A stretch of 64,000 nt of DNA from Akkermansia sp. (GTDB lineage: Bacteria; Verrucomicrobiota; Verrucomicrobiia; Verrucomicrobiales; Akkermansiaceae): assembly GCA_043729195.1 (NCBI GenBank), contig JAYTLR010000096.1:24306-88305 (forward strand), in the 5' to 3' direction. Below are positions 8,489-20,317 of this stretch, piece after piece; positions within the stretch are counted from its first letter, which is position 1; the number at the start of each line of letters is the position of its first letter. Below the pieces are notes generated by a model. That model was not told the origin of the DNA, ran no database searches, and saw nothing but the letters and a program-made list of their open reading frames with translations. The position numbers and the translations under genes were made by a program.

Positions 8489-11400
8489 ATGTTCCGGCCG
8501 ACATTTTTCTCACTCCTGGCCTTCGCCGCCCTGGCCCCTGCAGGATTTGCGACGACCCTCTCGAGCGTCGACCGCACGGCGGTCCCGGTGGGCGAGAAGT
8601 TCACGTTCACCGGTTCCGGATTCACGGGCACGACGGCGGCCACCTTCTTCTGGAACCGGAGTATGAACTCCGCGAGCTTCAACGTGGTTTCCGACACGAA
8701 GCTCGAGGTGACCTTTCCGAACGTCTCCCAGAACATCCGCGACCGCTACGTGCTCGTGGAGTCGCCTTCGGGTTCGGCCCTGACGATGTCCGGCACCGCC
8801 GTCGAGTTCACCGGCACGGGATCGGTCCCCAACAGTTTTCCCGCGCCCGTGCAGATCATCGCCAAGGCCGGTTCCGTCCTCCAGGGCTATCCATCAGGCG
8901 TCGCGGTGGTCTACGTCGAATCCGGCGCGGTGCTCCAGAACCCGCCGGGGTCGGGATCGAATCTGGTGATCTTTGCGGAAAGCGGCGCGGTGTTGGATTT
9001 CCGTGGGACCGTGTTCAGCACCACCACCCCGCCGCTGGTTCTCCACAGTACCGGTGCCACCGTTCTGGGGAGCCTCCCGCCGGCCAGCCCGAGCTTCCCG
9101 GGGGGAGGAACCGTCGCTTCCCGCCAGATCCCGCCGCTGACTCTTCATCGCGGGGTGGGGCCATTCACCCTTGGGGTCCGGGTGAATCTCTCGGTGGTCG
9201 GCAATGGTGCCGCTTCGATCGCGCCCGAAGGTCCGTTCATCCGCCACAGCACCCCTTTCACCGTCACCGCCACGCCCGGTCCGGGCGCGCTGTTCCAAGG
9301 GTGGTCCGGGTCGATCACGGGGACCACTTCCGAGATGACGGGCTCTTCCGGAACCACCGACAAGAATGTCGTCGCGACCTTCGCCCAGGGATACACGCTG
9401 GCGACCTTCTCCGGTTCCCGGGGCACGATCACCGCGGACCCGGATCTGGACGCCTACGCGCCGGGGCAAGCCATCCAACTCAGCGCGACCCCCGGACCGG
9501 GCTATCAGTTTGTCGGGTGGGGCGGCGACCTTGCGGGATCGAGCACGAATCCGCTCCCGGTCGCGATGAATTCAAACAAGGTCGTCACCGCCGTCTTCGA
9601 GCCGGTAGTACCTCCGGTCCGGCCGCGGGTCACCCACGTCGACCACCCCGCCGTGCCGGTCGGTGAAATCTCGACGCTGACCGGCACCGGGTTCACCGGC
9701 ACGACAGCCGTCAGCTACTACTGGCTGCCTTATGTCCACGCCGCGACCTTCACCGAGGTATCAGACACGGAGCTGCGAGTGGCCTTCCCCGACGTCACCC
9801 AGAACATCCGTGACCGCTTCCTGCTGATCGAATCCGCCGCGGGGTCGACCGTCACCTTGGGCGGCGAGGTTCTGGAAATCACCGGCGTGGCTTCGCCGCC
9901 CACATCGCCCTCCGAACTTCAAGTTCTCGCCAAGGCGGGCTCGGTGCTTCGGGGGTTCCCGTCAACCACCCGCGTGGTCTATGTTGAATCCGGAGCCGTA
10001 TTGCAGAACGTGCCCGGCACCGCGCCGAACTGCGTGATTCTGGCGGAAGACGGGGCCACCTTGGATTTCCGCGGGACGACCTTCTCCACCTCCTCGCCAC
10101 CGCGCGTCATCTACGGTCCCGGCACCACCCTTCTCGGCAGTCTGCCGGCACCCACGGGAGGGATCACCGGGCCCGTTGCCCCCCGGCAGGTGCCGTCCCT
10201 TTCGCTCAGCCGCGATATCGGTCCCTTCACCTTGGGCGTGCGCGTCAACCTCTCGGTCATCGGCAACGGGAGCGCCACGGCCGATCCCGCCGGACCATTC
10301 GTCCGGCACTCCGCCGGCATCACCCTGACCGCCACGCCGGCATCGGGGTGGCTGTTCCAAGGATGGTCCGGCTCCGCGAGCAGCTCCAATCCGGTCTTCA
10401 CCACCTCTTCGGGAACCACGGACCGGAACTTCATCGCGACCTTCACCAGCGGCCACACCCTTTCGACCCATGCGGGATCATGGGGGACCGTCACGCCCGA
10501 TCCGGCCCAGGAAACCTACGCGCCTGGCCAGCAGATCGGACTTTCAGCCGCGCCGCTGCCGGGCTACCGCTTCGTGAAATGGGGGGCCGACCTCGCCGGC
10601 ACCACCGACAATCCGACGACCCTCACGATGACCGGCAACAAGCTCGTCACCGCGGTCTTCGAGCCGGTCGCACCGCCAGCCGCAACCCTCATCACGTCGG
10701 TCGATACGCCAGCCGTCCCGGTGGGTGAAACCCTGAACTTCACCGGCTCGGGATTCACCGGCACCACCGCCGTGACCTTCTTTTGGCGGCCCTACCTCAA
10801 TGCCGCGGAGTTTGCCGTGATTTCCGATACGGAACTGGACGTCACTTTCCCCAATGTCGCCCAGCCCATCCGCGATCGGTTCGTCCTCGTCGAGACCCCC
10901 ACGGGATCCACCGTCACGATGGCCGGAGCCATCACCGATTTCACCGGCGTTGGCAGCCTGACATCGCTCCCGGCTCCGCTCCAGATCGTGGTGAAGGCGG
11001 GGTCCGTGCTGGACGGCATCCATCCCGGCACCCGCGTGGTCTATATCGAGTCCGGTGGCGTGCTCCGCCAGGTTCCGTCGTCTTCCTCGGGCTGCGTGAT
11101 CTTTGCGGAGAACGGAGCCACCCTGGACCTCCGCGGGGTCGCCTTTTCGGCCTCCACCCCGCCGCTTTTCCTCCACGGCCCGGGCACCACGATTCTCGGC
11201 AGCCTGCCCGCTCCGGCCGGTGGGATTTCCGGTCCGGTCGTCTCCCGGCAGATCCCATCGCCGTCTCTCAGCCGCGACATCGGACCTTTCAAGGAAGGAT
11301 TCGCACTCGTCCTGAACACGCAGGGTCCGGGCGGCGTGACGGTGGCTCCGATCATGGAATTCTATCCACGGGGCACTGCGATCACGTTGACCGCGATCCC

Positions 11401-11959
11401 GAATCCCGGAAACCACTTCATTCGCTGGGGCGGGGCGATTTCAAGCACGACCAATCCGATCACTTTCCCCATCGGCAGTTCGTCCCCGATCACCGCCCGC
11501 TTCAGTGACCGGCCGGATTTCTTCACCGGCTGGCGTGCCCAGCATTTCACCGCCTTGGAACTGGCCAATCCCGCCATCAGCGGGCTCGATGCGGACCCTG
11601 ACGGCGACCAGATCACCAACGCCGGCGAATACGCTTTCGGCAGTGATCCGCGGGTTGCTAACGGAGGGAAGGGAATCAAAATCCTTCCCGGGGGCAACCC
11701 CCAGCGCGACGGCAACCTGCGCCTCGTCTACGAACGTCCGGCCAATGCCGCCGACATCAACTATATCCTGCAAGCCAGCAAAGCCACGGGCGGATGGTTT
11801 GACGGCAGCTCGGGCGACGTCACCTTCGAGGTGATCGAGGAAAGCGCCGTGGCCCAGGGCGACGACAGGGAACGCATCACGCTCCTCCTGCACCTCACCG
11901 GAGAACTCCCTAGGTCCCTGTTCTTCCGGCTGACCGCGGACATCGGGGATTTGCCGTAG
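8489..11959 (+). CDS. Large secreted repeat protein (3x IPT/TIG-like, unknown block and InlB-B-repeat-like domains, plus a DADPDGD C-terminal module)
   Basis: ATG at 8489. Signal peptide MFRPTFFSLLAFAALAPAGFA. Three homologous ~355-aa supermodules. The C-terminus carries a DADPDGD calcium-binding-like motif. Confidence 0.9.
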   Translation: MFRPTFFSLLAFAALAPAGFATTLSSVDRTAVPVGEKFTFTGSGFTGTTAATFFWNRSMNSASFNVVSDTKLEVTFPNVSQNIRDRYVLVESPSGSALTMSGTAVEFTGTGSVPNSFPAPVQIIAKAGSVLQGYPSGVAVVYVESGAVLQNPPGSGSNLVIFAESGAVLDFRGTVFSTTTPPLVLHSTGATVLGSLPPASPSFPGGGTVASRQIPPLTLHRGVGPFTLGVRVNLSVVGNGAASIAPEGPFIRHSTPFTVTATPGPGALFQGWSGSITGTTSEMTGSSGTTDKNVVATFAQGYTLATFSGSRGTITADPDLDAYAPGQAIQLSATPGPGYQFVGWGGDLAGSSTNPLPVAMNSNKVVTAVFEPVVPPVRPRVTHVDHPAVPVGEISTLTGTGFTGTTAVSYYWLPYVHAATFTEVSDTELRVAFPDVTQNIRDRFLLIESAAGSTVTLGGEVLEITGVASPPTSPSELQVLAKAGSVLRGFPSTTRVVYVESGAVLQNVPGTAPNCVILAEDGATLDFRGTTFSTSSPPRVIYGPGTTLLGSLPAPTGGITGPVAPRQVPSLSLSRDIGPFTLGVRVNLSVIGNGSATADPAGPFVRHSAGITLTATPASGWLFQGWSGSASSSNPVFTTSSGTTDRNFIATFTSGHTLSTHAGSWGTVTPDPAQETYAPGQQIGLSAAPLPGYRFVKWGADLAGTTDNPTTLTMTGNKLVTAVFEPVAPPAATLITSVDTPAVPVGETLNFTGSGFTGTTAVTFFWRPYLNAAEFAVISDTELDVTFPNVAQPIRDRFVLVETPTGSTVTMAGAITDFTGVGSLTSLPAPLQIVVKAGSVLDGIHPGTRVVYIESGGVLRQVPSSSSGCVIFAENGATLDLRGVAFSASTPPLFLHGPGTTILGSLPAPAGGISGPVVSRQIPSPSLSRDIGPFKEGFALVLNTQGPGGVTVAPIMEFYPRGTAITLTAIPNPGNHFIRWGGAISSTTNPITFPIGSSSPITARFSDRPDFFTGWRAQHFTALELANPAISGLDADPDGDQITNAGEYAFGSDPRVANGGKGIKILPGGNPQRDGNLRLVYERPANAADINYILQASKATGGWFDGSSGDVTFEVIEESAVAQGDDRERITLLLHLTGELPRSLFFRLTADIGDLP
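8552..11510 (+). repeat. In-gene tandem triplication (units about 8552-9618, 9619-10680, 10681-11510)
   Basis: The protein string VDxxAVPVGE..FTGSGFTGTTA..IRDR..AKAGSVL..VVYVESGAVLQN..LDFRG..LGSLP..GPFTLGVRVNLSV.GNG..FQGWSGS recurs three times. The third unit is shorter. Confidence 0.85.
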
Positions 11960-12214
11960 ACTTCCGGTCGGGTCGCTTCAAGCCTGCCATCTGGCGCCTT
12001 CCGTCGTCAGGGCTCCCCCGACGCGAGACCGGATGCCGGCGGGCCTCCATTAGAATCGAGACGATCCGCCCCGGAACTCAGGAGCGAAATCCCGCCCTTG
12101 GGCGCTGTAAATGAGAGGGATACGCTTGTCTACGATTGAATGGCTGGCGTTAGTTTCGCCAAATCCGCTGACGATCATCGCCATCAGTTGGTAAGCCTCT
12201 CCACTGCAGTCCGC

Positions 12215-12667
12215 TCAGGGAATCCGGAAGATCTTCTTGTTCGACGGATCTTTCGCCAGATCGCCGCTCTTGAAGCCCTGTATGTCGATGACGTTGTAAG
12301 GGGCGTAGGGGCTGATGACCTCGTTCGGATTGGCGGTGCGTTTGGCGGTCGGGTAGGTCGGACGGGGCTCCGGCTGCGGTGACTCGTCCGGAGCGGGATT
12401 GCCGTAGGGGTCGATCTGCGGGGCGCGCGGACCCGCGTCGCGGAGGGGCGGCATGGCAGGACCGCCGTCCGGCGGGATCGGCTCGAAGGTGCCGGTCTCC
12501 GGGCCGGGACCTTGGCCGCCAGGACCTTGTCCACGGGGCCCGTAAGGATCATACCGGTCGCCGTTGCGCATGGGCGGACGCTGGTCCCGGTAAGGGGGTG
12601 GCGGCGGGATGCAGGAGGCGGCCAGGAAGGCCAGCGGCAAAAGGGCGAGTGATTTCATGGCGGCCAT
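12215..12667 (-). CDS. Proline-rich probable lipoprotein
   Basis: MKSLALLPLAFLAASC signal with Cys, a long P/G-rich linker, and a short conserved-looking C-terminal block ISPYAPYNVIDIQGFKSGDLAKDP. ATGs at 12667 and 12658. Confidence 0.7.
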   Translation of the reverse strand: MAAMKSLALLPLAFLAASCIPPPPPYRDQRPPMRNGDRYDPYGPRGQGPGGQGPGPETGTFEPIPPDGGPAMPPLRDAGPRAPQIDPYGNPAPDESPQPEPRPTYPTAKRTANPNEVISPYAPYNVIDIQGFKSGDLAKDPSNKKIFRIP

Positions 12668-12691
12668 CGGACGGAAGGAATTGAGGGTTAT

Positions 12692-13528
12692 TCAGGCAGC
12701 GGAGCCGAGGCCCAGCAGATGTTTGGAAAAGATCGCCATCTTCCGCGCCTTGGAAAGACCGTAACGCTGCCCGAAGACCTTGAAGCCGTCCTTTTTCATC
12801 TTCGATAGCAAGGTCTGATAGATCGAACGCATGATCTCGGCCGGCACCAGCGCACGGGAGTCGGATTTCGGCATGACCTCGACCGCCTCGCGGTAGAAAC
12901 CCTCGGCGCGTTCCGCCTGGTAAGCCATCATCGCTGTGAAGCGGTCGTCGTGAACGCGGTCGACCAGATCGCGCTCCGAGTATTCAAAGCGGTCAAAATC
13001 GGCCAGAGGCAGGTAAATCCGGCCGCCGTTGGCGAGGTCCTCGCCGACGTCGCGCAGGATATTCGTGAGCTGGAGCGCATGGCCAAGTGCGATCGCATAG
13101 CGCTCCGAGGCCGGGTCGGTGGCGCCGAAGACCTTCAACGAGGCAAGGCCGACGGCGCAGGCTACCTTATAGGTGTACTGCGAAAGGTCGTCCCAGGTGC
13201 CGAAGCGCTGCGGGCTCAGGTCCATCAGGCAGCCGTCGATGATGGCGGTCAGCAGGCGGGCCGGAATATCGTAGTGGGTGATCATTTCGACCACCTCGCG
13301 CTGCAAGGCATCGGGTCCGGCAAAATCGTTCTCGAGGCCGGCTTTCCAAGCGAGCAAGTCGGCCTCGCGGGCTTCGAGCGGTCGCTGCGGGTCGTCGGCC
13401 AGGTCATCGACCACGCGGCAGAACGCGTAGAAGGTGATCATCCCGTCGCGCCGCTCCTTCGGTAGGATTTGCAGCGCAAAGGCGAGATTGGATTTCGCTT
13501 GGCGGGTGATTTCAGCGGAATCGCTCAT
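12692..13528 (-). CDS. Squalene/phytoene synthase family protein (HpnD/presqualene-diphosphate-synthase-like)
   Basis: ATG at 13528. Asp-rich motifs YAFCRVVDDLADD and NILRDVGEDL are typical of head-to-head trans-isoprenyl diphosphate synthases. Confidence 0.85.
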   Translation of the reverse strand: MSDSAEITRQAKSNLAFALQILPKERRDGMITFYAFCRVVDDLADDPQRPLEAREADLLAWKAGLENDFAGPDALQREVVEMITHYDIPARLLTAIIDGCLMDLSPQRFGTWDDLSQYTYKVACAVGLASLKVFGATDPASERYAIALGHALQLTNILRDVGEDLANGGRIYLPLADFDRFEYSERDLVDRVHDDRFTAMMAYQAERAEGFYREAVEVMPKSDSRALVPAEIMRSIYQTLLSKMKKDGFKVFGQRYGLSKARKMAIFSKHLLGLGSAA

Positions 13529-13591
13529 GGAGAGGGCGGGAAACGATGCATGTCCGATGCCATCTTGGCCATGCGTGCATTTGCGCAAAGG

Positions 13592-14800
13592 TCAGCGGAT
13601 GATACCCCAGTGGCCGGTGGTGAAGGGCCAGAGGGAAAACAGCGCGGGGCCGGCGAGGTTGAATTCCTTCACGCTACCCCAGTAGCGGGAGTCGAGGGAG
13701 TTGCCGGTGTTGTCGCCCAGCGCGGCGTATTCCCGCATGCCGGAAGCCGCGTTAGCTTTAAGGGCGAAGACCGCACCATCGCGCTGGAGAGGAAGGGGAT
13801 AGCCGTAAGCTTTCGGATCGGCCAAGATGTATCCCGACGGGCTGATCTCGCCGTAGACTCCCTCGGCACTTATCACCCGCCCGATGCCGGGCTCTTTCGC
13901 AATGGTGCCGTTTACCCAGAGATAGGGAGAGCGGATCTCCAACTTGTCACCGGGCACTCCGCATAGCCGCTTGATGTAGTGGGTGCCGCCTTCCTGGCCG
14001 CCCATTTTCTTGTCCCCGGGCTCGCGGCGTTCGGTTGTAATGCCCCGCGTATCGAAGACGAAAACCTCGCCTCGGTTCGGCCGGCGGAAATGGTAGGACA
14101 CCTTGTCAACCAGCACCAGGTCGCCGGTATCGACCCAGCCGCGGAGAATTGCTTCCCCCTTGCGATAGCGCTTCGTCTGGCGTTGTTCCGCTCCCGGCCC
14201 GATCGGCTCGGAAATCAGGTTCTGCACTTCGCCCTTGGCAGCGGGAAAGGAAATCACCTCGCCGTTGCTGAATTTCACCTTGGTCCGGGTGAACAGGAAC
14301 CACGAGGCATCGTCCGGCTCCCCCACCGGATACATGTCGGCCTCCGCCACGATGTTCCGGTAGCTGCGGCCGCGGGTGAGGAGTTCCCAGCCCTGCTGGC
14401 CAAGCCAAGGTTTCTTGAAGTTGGGATCCTCGCTTTGCTCGATGTTAATGCCGTTGAGCGTCGGCTGCATCGAGCCGGTCGGAATCCGGAATGGCTGGAT
14501 CACGTAGGCCCGCAGGCCGAGCGCGACCACCAGCGCGACGAACATCACCTCGACGTTCTCTTCCCAGGCGTTCTGCGAAGGAAAGTGCGGCAAGGCCTGC
14601 TCGCAGGTCGCGCGAAGTTGCTTGGAAGCCTCGTCCGCCTTGTCCTTGTCGCCGGCCTTGATCGCATCCATCAGGTCGCTGCGGCGGGACTCGATCTCTT
14701 CGATCCGGTCCGGCTTGAGGAGGTCCCGCTTGTAATGGAGGAACTTCAACGCCCCCTTGTGCAGGAGCTTGGCCTCTTTCTTCCATTTCGGCGCGAACAT
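13592..14800 (-). CDS. lepB: Signal peptidase I
   Basis: ATG at 14800. Ser box IPTGSMQPTL, Lys box region, and GDNTGNSLDSRYWG. Long cytoplasmic N-terminal extension before the TM segment. Confidence 0.9.
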   Translation of the reverse strand: MFAPKWKKEAKLLHKGALKFLHYKRDLLKPDRIEEIESRRSDLMDAIKAGDKDKADEASKQLRATCEQALPHFPSQNAWEENVEVMFVALVVALGLRAYVIQPFRIPTGSMQPTLNGINIEQSEDPNFKKPWLGQQGWELLTRGRSYRNIVAEADMYPVGEPDDASWFLFTRTKVKFSNGEVISFPAAKGEVQNLISEPIGPGAEQRQTKRYRKGEAILRGWVDTGDLVLVDKVSYHFRRPNRGEVFVFDTRGITTERREPGDKKMGGQEGGTHYIKRLCGVPGDKLEIRSPYLWVNGTIAKEPGIGRVISAEGVYGEISPSGYILADPKAYGYPLPLQRDGAVFALKANAASGMREYAALGDNTGNSLDSRYWGSVKEFNLAGPALFSLWPFTTGHWGIIR

Positions 14801-15045
14801 CGGGCGGATTCTTCACACGGAAGCGCGGCCATGCAAGCCCGGGCTGGGACGCGGCTGCGGGCGCGGACGTCCCCACCGGGGGCGGAGGCTCTGCCCCGCA
14901 GAAGCAACGGGTGGCCACGCTTCGGCGATGCGGGCTGGAATGGGCAGCGTGCTCGAGGGACCGTTCTGCGGGCCAGAGGCTCCGCGCCCCCAGTCATTTT
15001 ACGCCGGGCTTGTCCTTCGCGGCCCGGGCGACCATCTCCTACGGC

Positions 15046-16965
<1,920 letters not shown>

Positions 16966-17052
16966 GCCCGCGTTTCCATCGATCCCATCCCATTCCGAGC
17001 CCGGATTGACGAGCGCCGCCTGCCCGCCATGCTGCGCCCACGTTTCCTTTGC

Positions 17053-17958
17053 ATGAGCGGCGACCTTTACCACCTCGACGACCTTTCTTCCCGCGAGCGC
17101 CTCGACGCGGGCTACGAAATACCGGCCCGGCTGGCAGTGATCGGCTGCCCCGTGGCTCATTCCGCATCGCCGCGGATGCATCAGCCCGCCCTCGACGAGG
17201 CGGGCATCGCGGCTCGCTACGTGAAGATCGAAGTCGACCCCGGCCGGGTCGCGGAGGCCTTCCGCCGCATGCGGGAGCTCGGCTTCATCGGCTGCAACGT
17301 CACCGTGCCCCACAAGTTCGAAGCGATGGCCGCGTGCACCGACATCGATCCCGGCGCTCAGGAGATGGGTGCGGTGAACACGGTGCGCTTCGAGGAAAAC
17401 TCGACCCGCGGCTTCAACACCGACGGTCCCGGCTTCGAAGCCGCGATCCATGAGGCATTTTCCATTCCGCTGAAGGGCCTCGACGTTCTGATCGCCGGCG
17501 CGGGTGGAGGCGCGGGCGGGGCGCTCGCCGCCCATTGCGCGCGGGCGGGCGTCCGCCGGCTGGTGCTGGCGAACCGCAGCCTGGACAAGATCGAGGCCCT
17601 GGCACTTTCGATCCGACGCTACCATCCCGGCCTCCGGGTGGACGTCCTTGCCCTCGGCGACCCGGTGCTTCCGGAGCTCGCCCGCCAGTGCCAACTGCTG
17701 GTCAACACCAGCTCCGTCGGCTTGAAGGCAGACGATCCCTCGCCGCTGCCACTCGAATCGTTCACCGCCGGGCAGCGGGTCTTTGACACCATCTACCAGC
17801 CGCCTCTCACGGCTTTCCTAAGCGGCGCGCAGGCGGCCGGTGCCATCACGGCGAATGGTGCCTCGATGCTCCTTCACCAGGGCATCCATGCCTTCCGCCT
17901 GTGGTTTCCGGGCAGCCATCCCGCTGCCGCCATGCGGCGCGGACTGGCGGCGGGCTGA
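17053..17958 (+). CDS. aroE: Shikimate dehydrogenase
   Basis: ATG at 17053. SPRMHQ, NVTVPHK, NTDGPGF, and the Rossmann loop GAGGGAGGA. Confidence 0.9.
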   Translation: MSGDLYHLDDLSSRERLDAGYEIPARLAVIGCPVAHSASPRMHQPALDEAGIAARYVKIEVDPGRVAEAFRRMRELGFIGCNVTVPHKFEAMAACTDIDPGAQEMGAVNTVRFEENSTRGFNTDGPGFEAAIHEAFSIPLKGLDVLIAGAGGGAGGALAAHCARAGVRRLVLANRSLDKIEALALSIRRYHPGLRVDVLALGDPVLPELARQCQLLVNTSSVGLKADDPSPLPLESFTAGQRVFDTIYQPPLTAFLSGAQAAGAITANGASMLLHQGIHAFRLWFPGSHPAAAMRRGLAAG

Positions 17959-17965
17959 GCGCGGG

Positions 17966-19048
17966 TCACTTGCCCGGGTCCTTCGACGCCGGCAGTTCCA
18001 GCCAGTGGCAGTCGAGAAGTTCCTCGATCGCGAACTTCCGCTCTTCCGCGCCGTTGCGGCTGACCCGGACCCGCAGGCGGATCATTTCATCCGGATCGTG
18101 CTCCACCAGCCGGCTGCCAAAAGCTCCGATTCCTTCTTCGCGGGTCGCAAAGGCCTCGCCGATCCTCCGGCCCATCTCGGAATCCCTCAATATCCGGATT
18201 TCCGGCGACGGCGCGCCCGCCTCGCCCAAGCGGCCGTTCCGTGCTTCGTAGAGAACCAGTCCGATGGAGTCGTCGACGCGCCCCTCCGCCCCGATCCGTT
18301 CCCGAGCCAGCAGTCTGAAGACTCCTTCCCCGGGCCCCCGGCCCGCCAGGAAAAGCGGCCACGATTCGGTTCCCGCCCTCGCAAAGGCATCCCAATCGAT
18401 CTTCCACTCTCCTTCTTCCCTGAAAAAGACCACTTCAATCCGCTCTCCGTCTTCCCGCGTCCAAAGGCTCTCGATCGCCCGGCCGGCCGGCGTGTGGATG
18501 ACCCGATATTCCACGACCTTGACGTTCTCGGTCGTCAGGTAGGGCGGACTGAATTGCTGCACCCGGGTCATCCTTTGCACGGCCCGCGATGCCCCGACGA
18601 CGTGCAGGGCCCGGCTTCCTACATCCGATGCCACGAGGAACTCCGACAATCGCCGGCTGCAGGCATCGAGGTTATCCTGAAGCAGCCGATGGTCTTCGAC
18701 CTCCTGCCGGGTCGGCTCGGTGGGGTCCGCCACCCGCGGCCCGGCCGCGCTCCCCCCGCGACCCATGTAAATCGCTCCGGCACCGAGCAGGAAGCCCCAG
18801 ACGATCACGAGAATCATCAGGGTCCTCGCCCCTTTTTTGTCCTTTTCCTCGCGCTCCGACGGCTTTCGCGGCTGCTTTTTGCGGATCTTGCGCCGGACCC
18901 GGACCGGGCCTGCATCGACCCGCGGTTCTTCGCCGGACGGGTCGTGACCACAGTCCGGGCACACGCCGCGCTGCTCCGGATCCGCGACCCCCTTGAACAA
19001 GGAGCCGCATCGGGTGCAATGGTACCAGGCGCCGTTCGTGTCGCTCAC
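17966..19048 (-). CDS. Zinc-ribbon, single-pass membrane protein with a ~260-aa extracytoplasmic domain (unknown family)
   Basis: GTG at 19048. CTRCG...CPDCG zinc ribbon, basic linker, TM segment TLMILVIVWGFLLGAGAIYM. Paralogous to the upstream neighbour. Confidence 0.7.
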   Translation of the reverse strand: MSDTNGAWYHCTRCGSLFKGVADPEQRGVCPDCGHDPSGEEPRVDAGPVRVRRKIRKKQPRKPSEREEKDKKGARTLMILVIVWGFLLGAGAIYMGRGGSAAGPRVADPTEPTRQEVEDHRLLQDNLDACSRRLSEFLVASDVGSRALHVVGASRAVQRMTRVQQFSPPYLTTENVKVVEYRVIHTPAGRAIESLWTREDGERIEVVFFREEGEWKIDWDAFARAGTESWPLFLAGRGPGEGVFRLLARERIGAEGRVDDSIGLVLYEARNGRLGEAGAPSPEIRILRDSEMGRRIGEAFATREEGIGAFGSRLVEHDPDEMIRLRVRVSRNGAEERKFAIEELLDCHWLELPASKDPGK

Positions 19049-19057
19049 GACGCCTTG

Positions 19058-20059
19058 CTACGGTCTGACCCAGCCTTTGTGAAGCATCTCCGTGATCTCG
19101 TAGCACTTCCCGCTGCTCCCGCCGGTCCCGGACAAGCGCACGGTCGCCGGGATCTGGACGCTTTTCTCAAGCAACAGCGAACCCTCGTTGAACTCGGTCT
19201 TCAGCATCGAAGCCACCGTCGAGTCGAGAGGAGCGAAGACCCAGATGAAAAGATCCCCGCCGGCATCAAGCAGCCGGAACGACCGGAATCGGGACTCGGG
19301 AAAGGCCTGCGTGTAAAACTCCGTCGGCTGGATGATTCCCCGCACGACCCGATCCTCCGCTGCCGCGCCCTCCAGCAGTTCGGCGAGCTGCACCTCGCCC
19401 ATGCCATGGCTCGCCTCCCAATCGAGCTTCAACCGCTCCCCTTCGAGGACGAACACCATATTGAAATGACTGAAGTCGCCCTTGTTTCCCTTCAACGAGA
19501 TTCCTGGACGCGCCGATTCCTCGATCATGAAGCCCTCGATCTTCTCGCCCGGCGCCAGCATCGGATCCGTGCCCCAGGGTTTCCAGAGCCGGGTCATCCG
19601 CTCCTTCACCTGCTCCGCATCGCGGACCAGCGGCAGCACTTCCTCCAACGAGGTCGCCGCGGCGTAGCGCTCCAGCAGCTTCTCGGCCTGGTGGATCAGT
19701 TCCCCGGAGTGCACCAGTAAATACTCCTCCTCCCGATCCAGTTGCTGTTCCTTTTCAAAAACGTAGCCCGGGGTGCTGGCGGCAATCGGGGTTTTGCCTA
19801 TGCTCGCCCGCATCAAGCCGGCCACCGCCGCCACCACGGCCACGCAGGTCGCGACGGCCATCCATCCGGTCCAACGCGCCAGCCCTTTCCGAGCCCTCTC
19901 CTCGCGGCTGGAGACCCGCGGTTCCGCCGGACCCACCTCGCTCATCGGCTTGGCTTGCAACGGCGCCTCCTCGTCCTCGGCCCCAAGCCGGTGAACCGGC
20001 TGCCCGGAAGAAGCAGCGGCCCGATGCTTGGTATGGCCCGAGCCGATTCTCAATCCCAT
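19058..20059 (-). CDS. Single-pass membrane protein, paralog of 17966-19048 without the zinc ribbon
   Basis: TM segment WMAVATCVAVVAAVAGLM. Shared blocks KLDWEAS / KIDWDAF and EMLHKGWV / ELLDCHWL. The stop lies 9 nt from the next gene. Start uncertain (20179 / 20059 / 19945). Confidence 0.6.
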   Translation of the reverse strand: MGLRIGSGHTKHRAAASSGQPVHRLGAEDEEAPLQAKPMSEVGPAEPRVSSREERARKGLARWTGWMAVATCVAVVAAVAGLMRASIGKTPIAASTPGYVFEKEQQLDREEEYLLVHSGELIHQAEKLLERYAAATSLEEVLPLVRDAEQVKERMTRLWKPWGTDPMLAPGEKIEGFMIEESARPGISLKGNKGDFSHFNMVFVLEGERLKLDWEASHGMGEVQLAELLEGAAAEDRVVRGIIQPTEFYTQAFPESRFRSFRLLDAGGDLFIWVFAPLDSTVASMLKTEFNEGSLLLEKSVQIPATVRLSGTGGSSGKCYEITEMLHKGWVRP

Positions 20060-20317
20060 CTCCAAGCTCCTCCCGCCTGAATCCGCAGGCAAGGCACGAC
20101 CGCCGCCGATCACGTGGACTTCGAAGCCTCCGCGTCCCACGCGACCGGCATCGCTGTTTTTTCTTCTCCTGGGGAGCATTTGCGTAGCGGGATGTTATCA
20201 TGAATCCGGCTTGGCGACAAGCTTTCGAAATCTTAACCAATATTTCCGGATCACCAGGCGGAAAGGCTCCCGGTTTCCCCGTGGCGCCGCACCGGGAATC
20301 ATGTTAGATCAGCGTCC

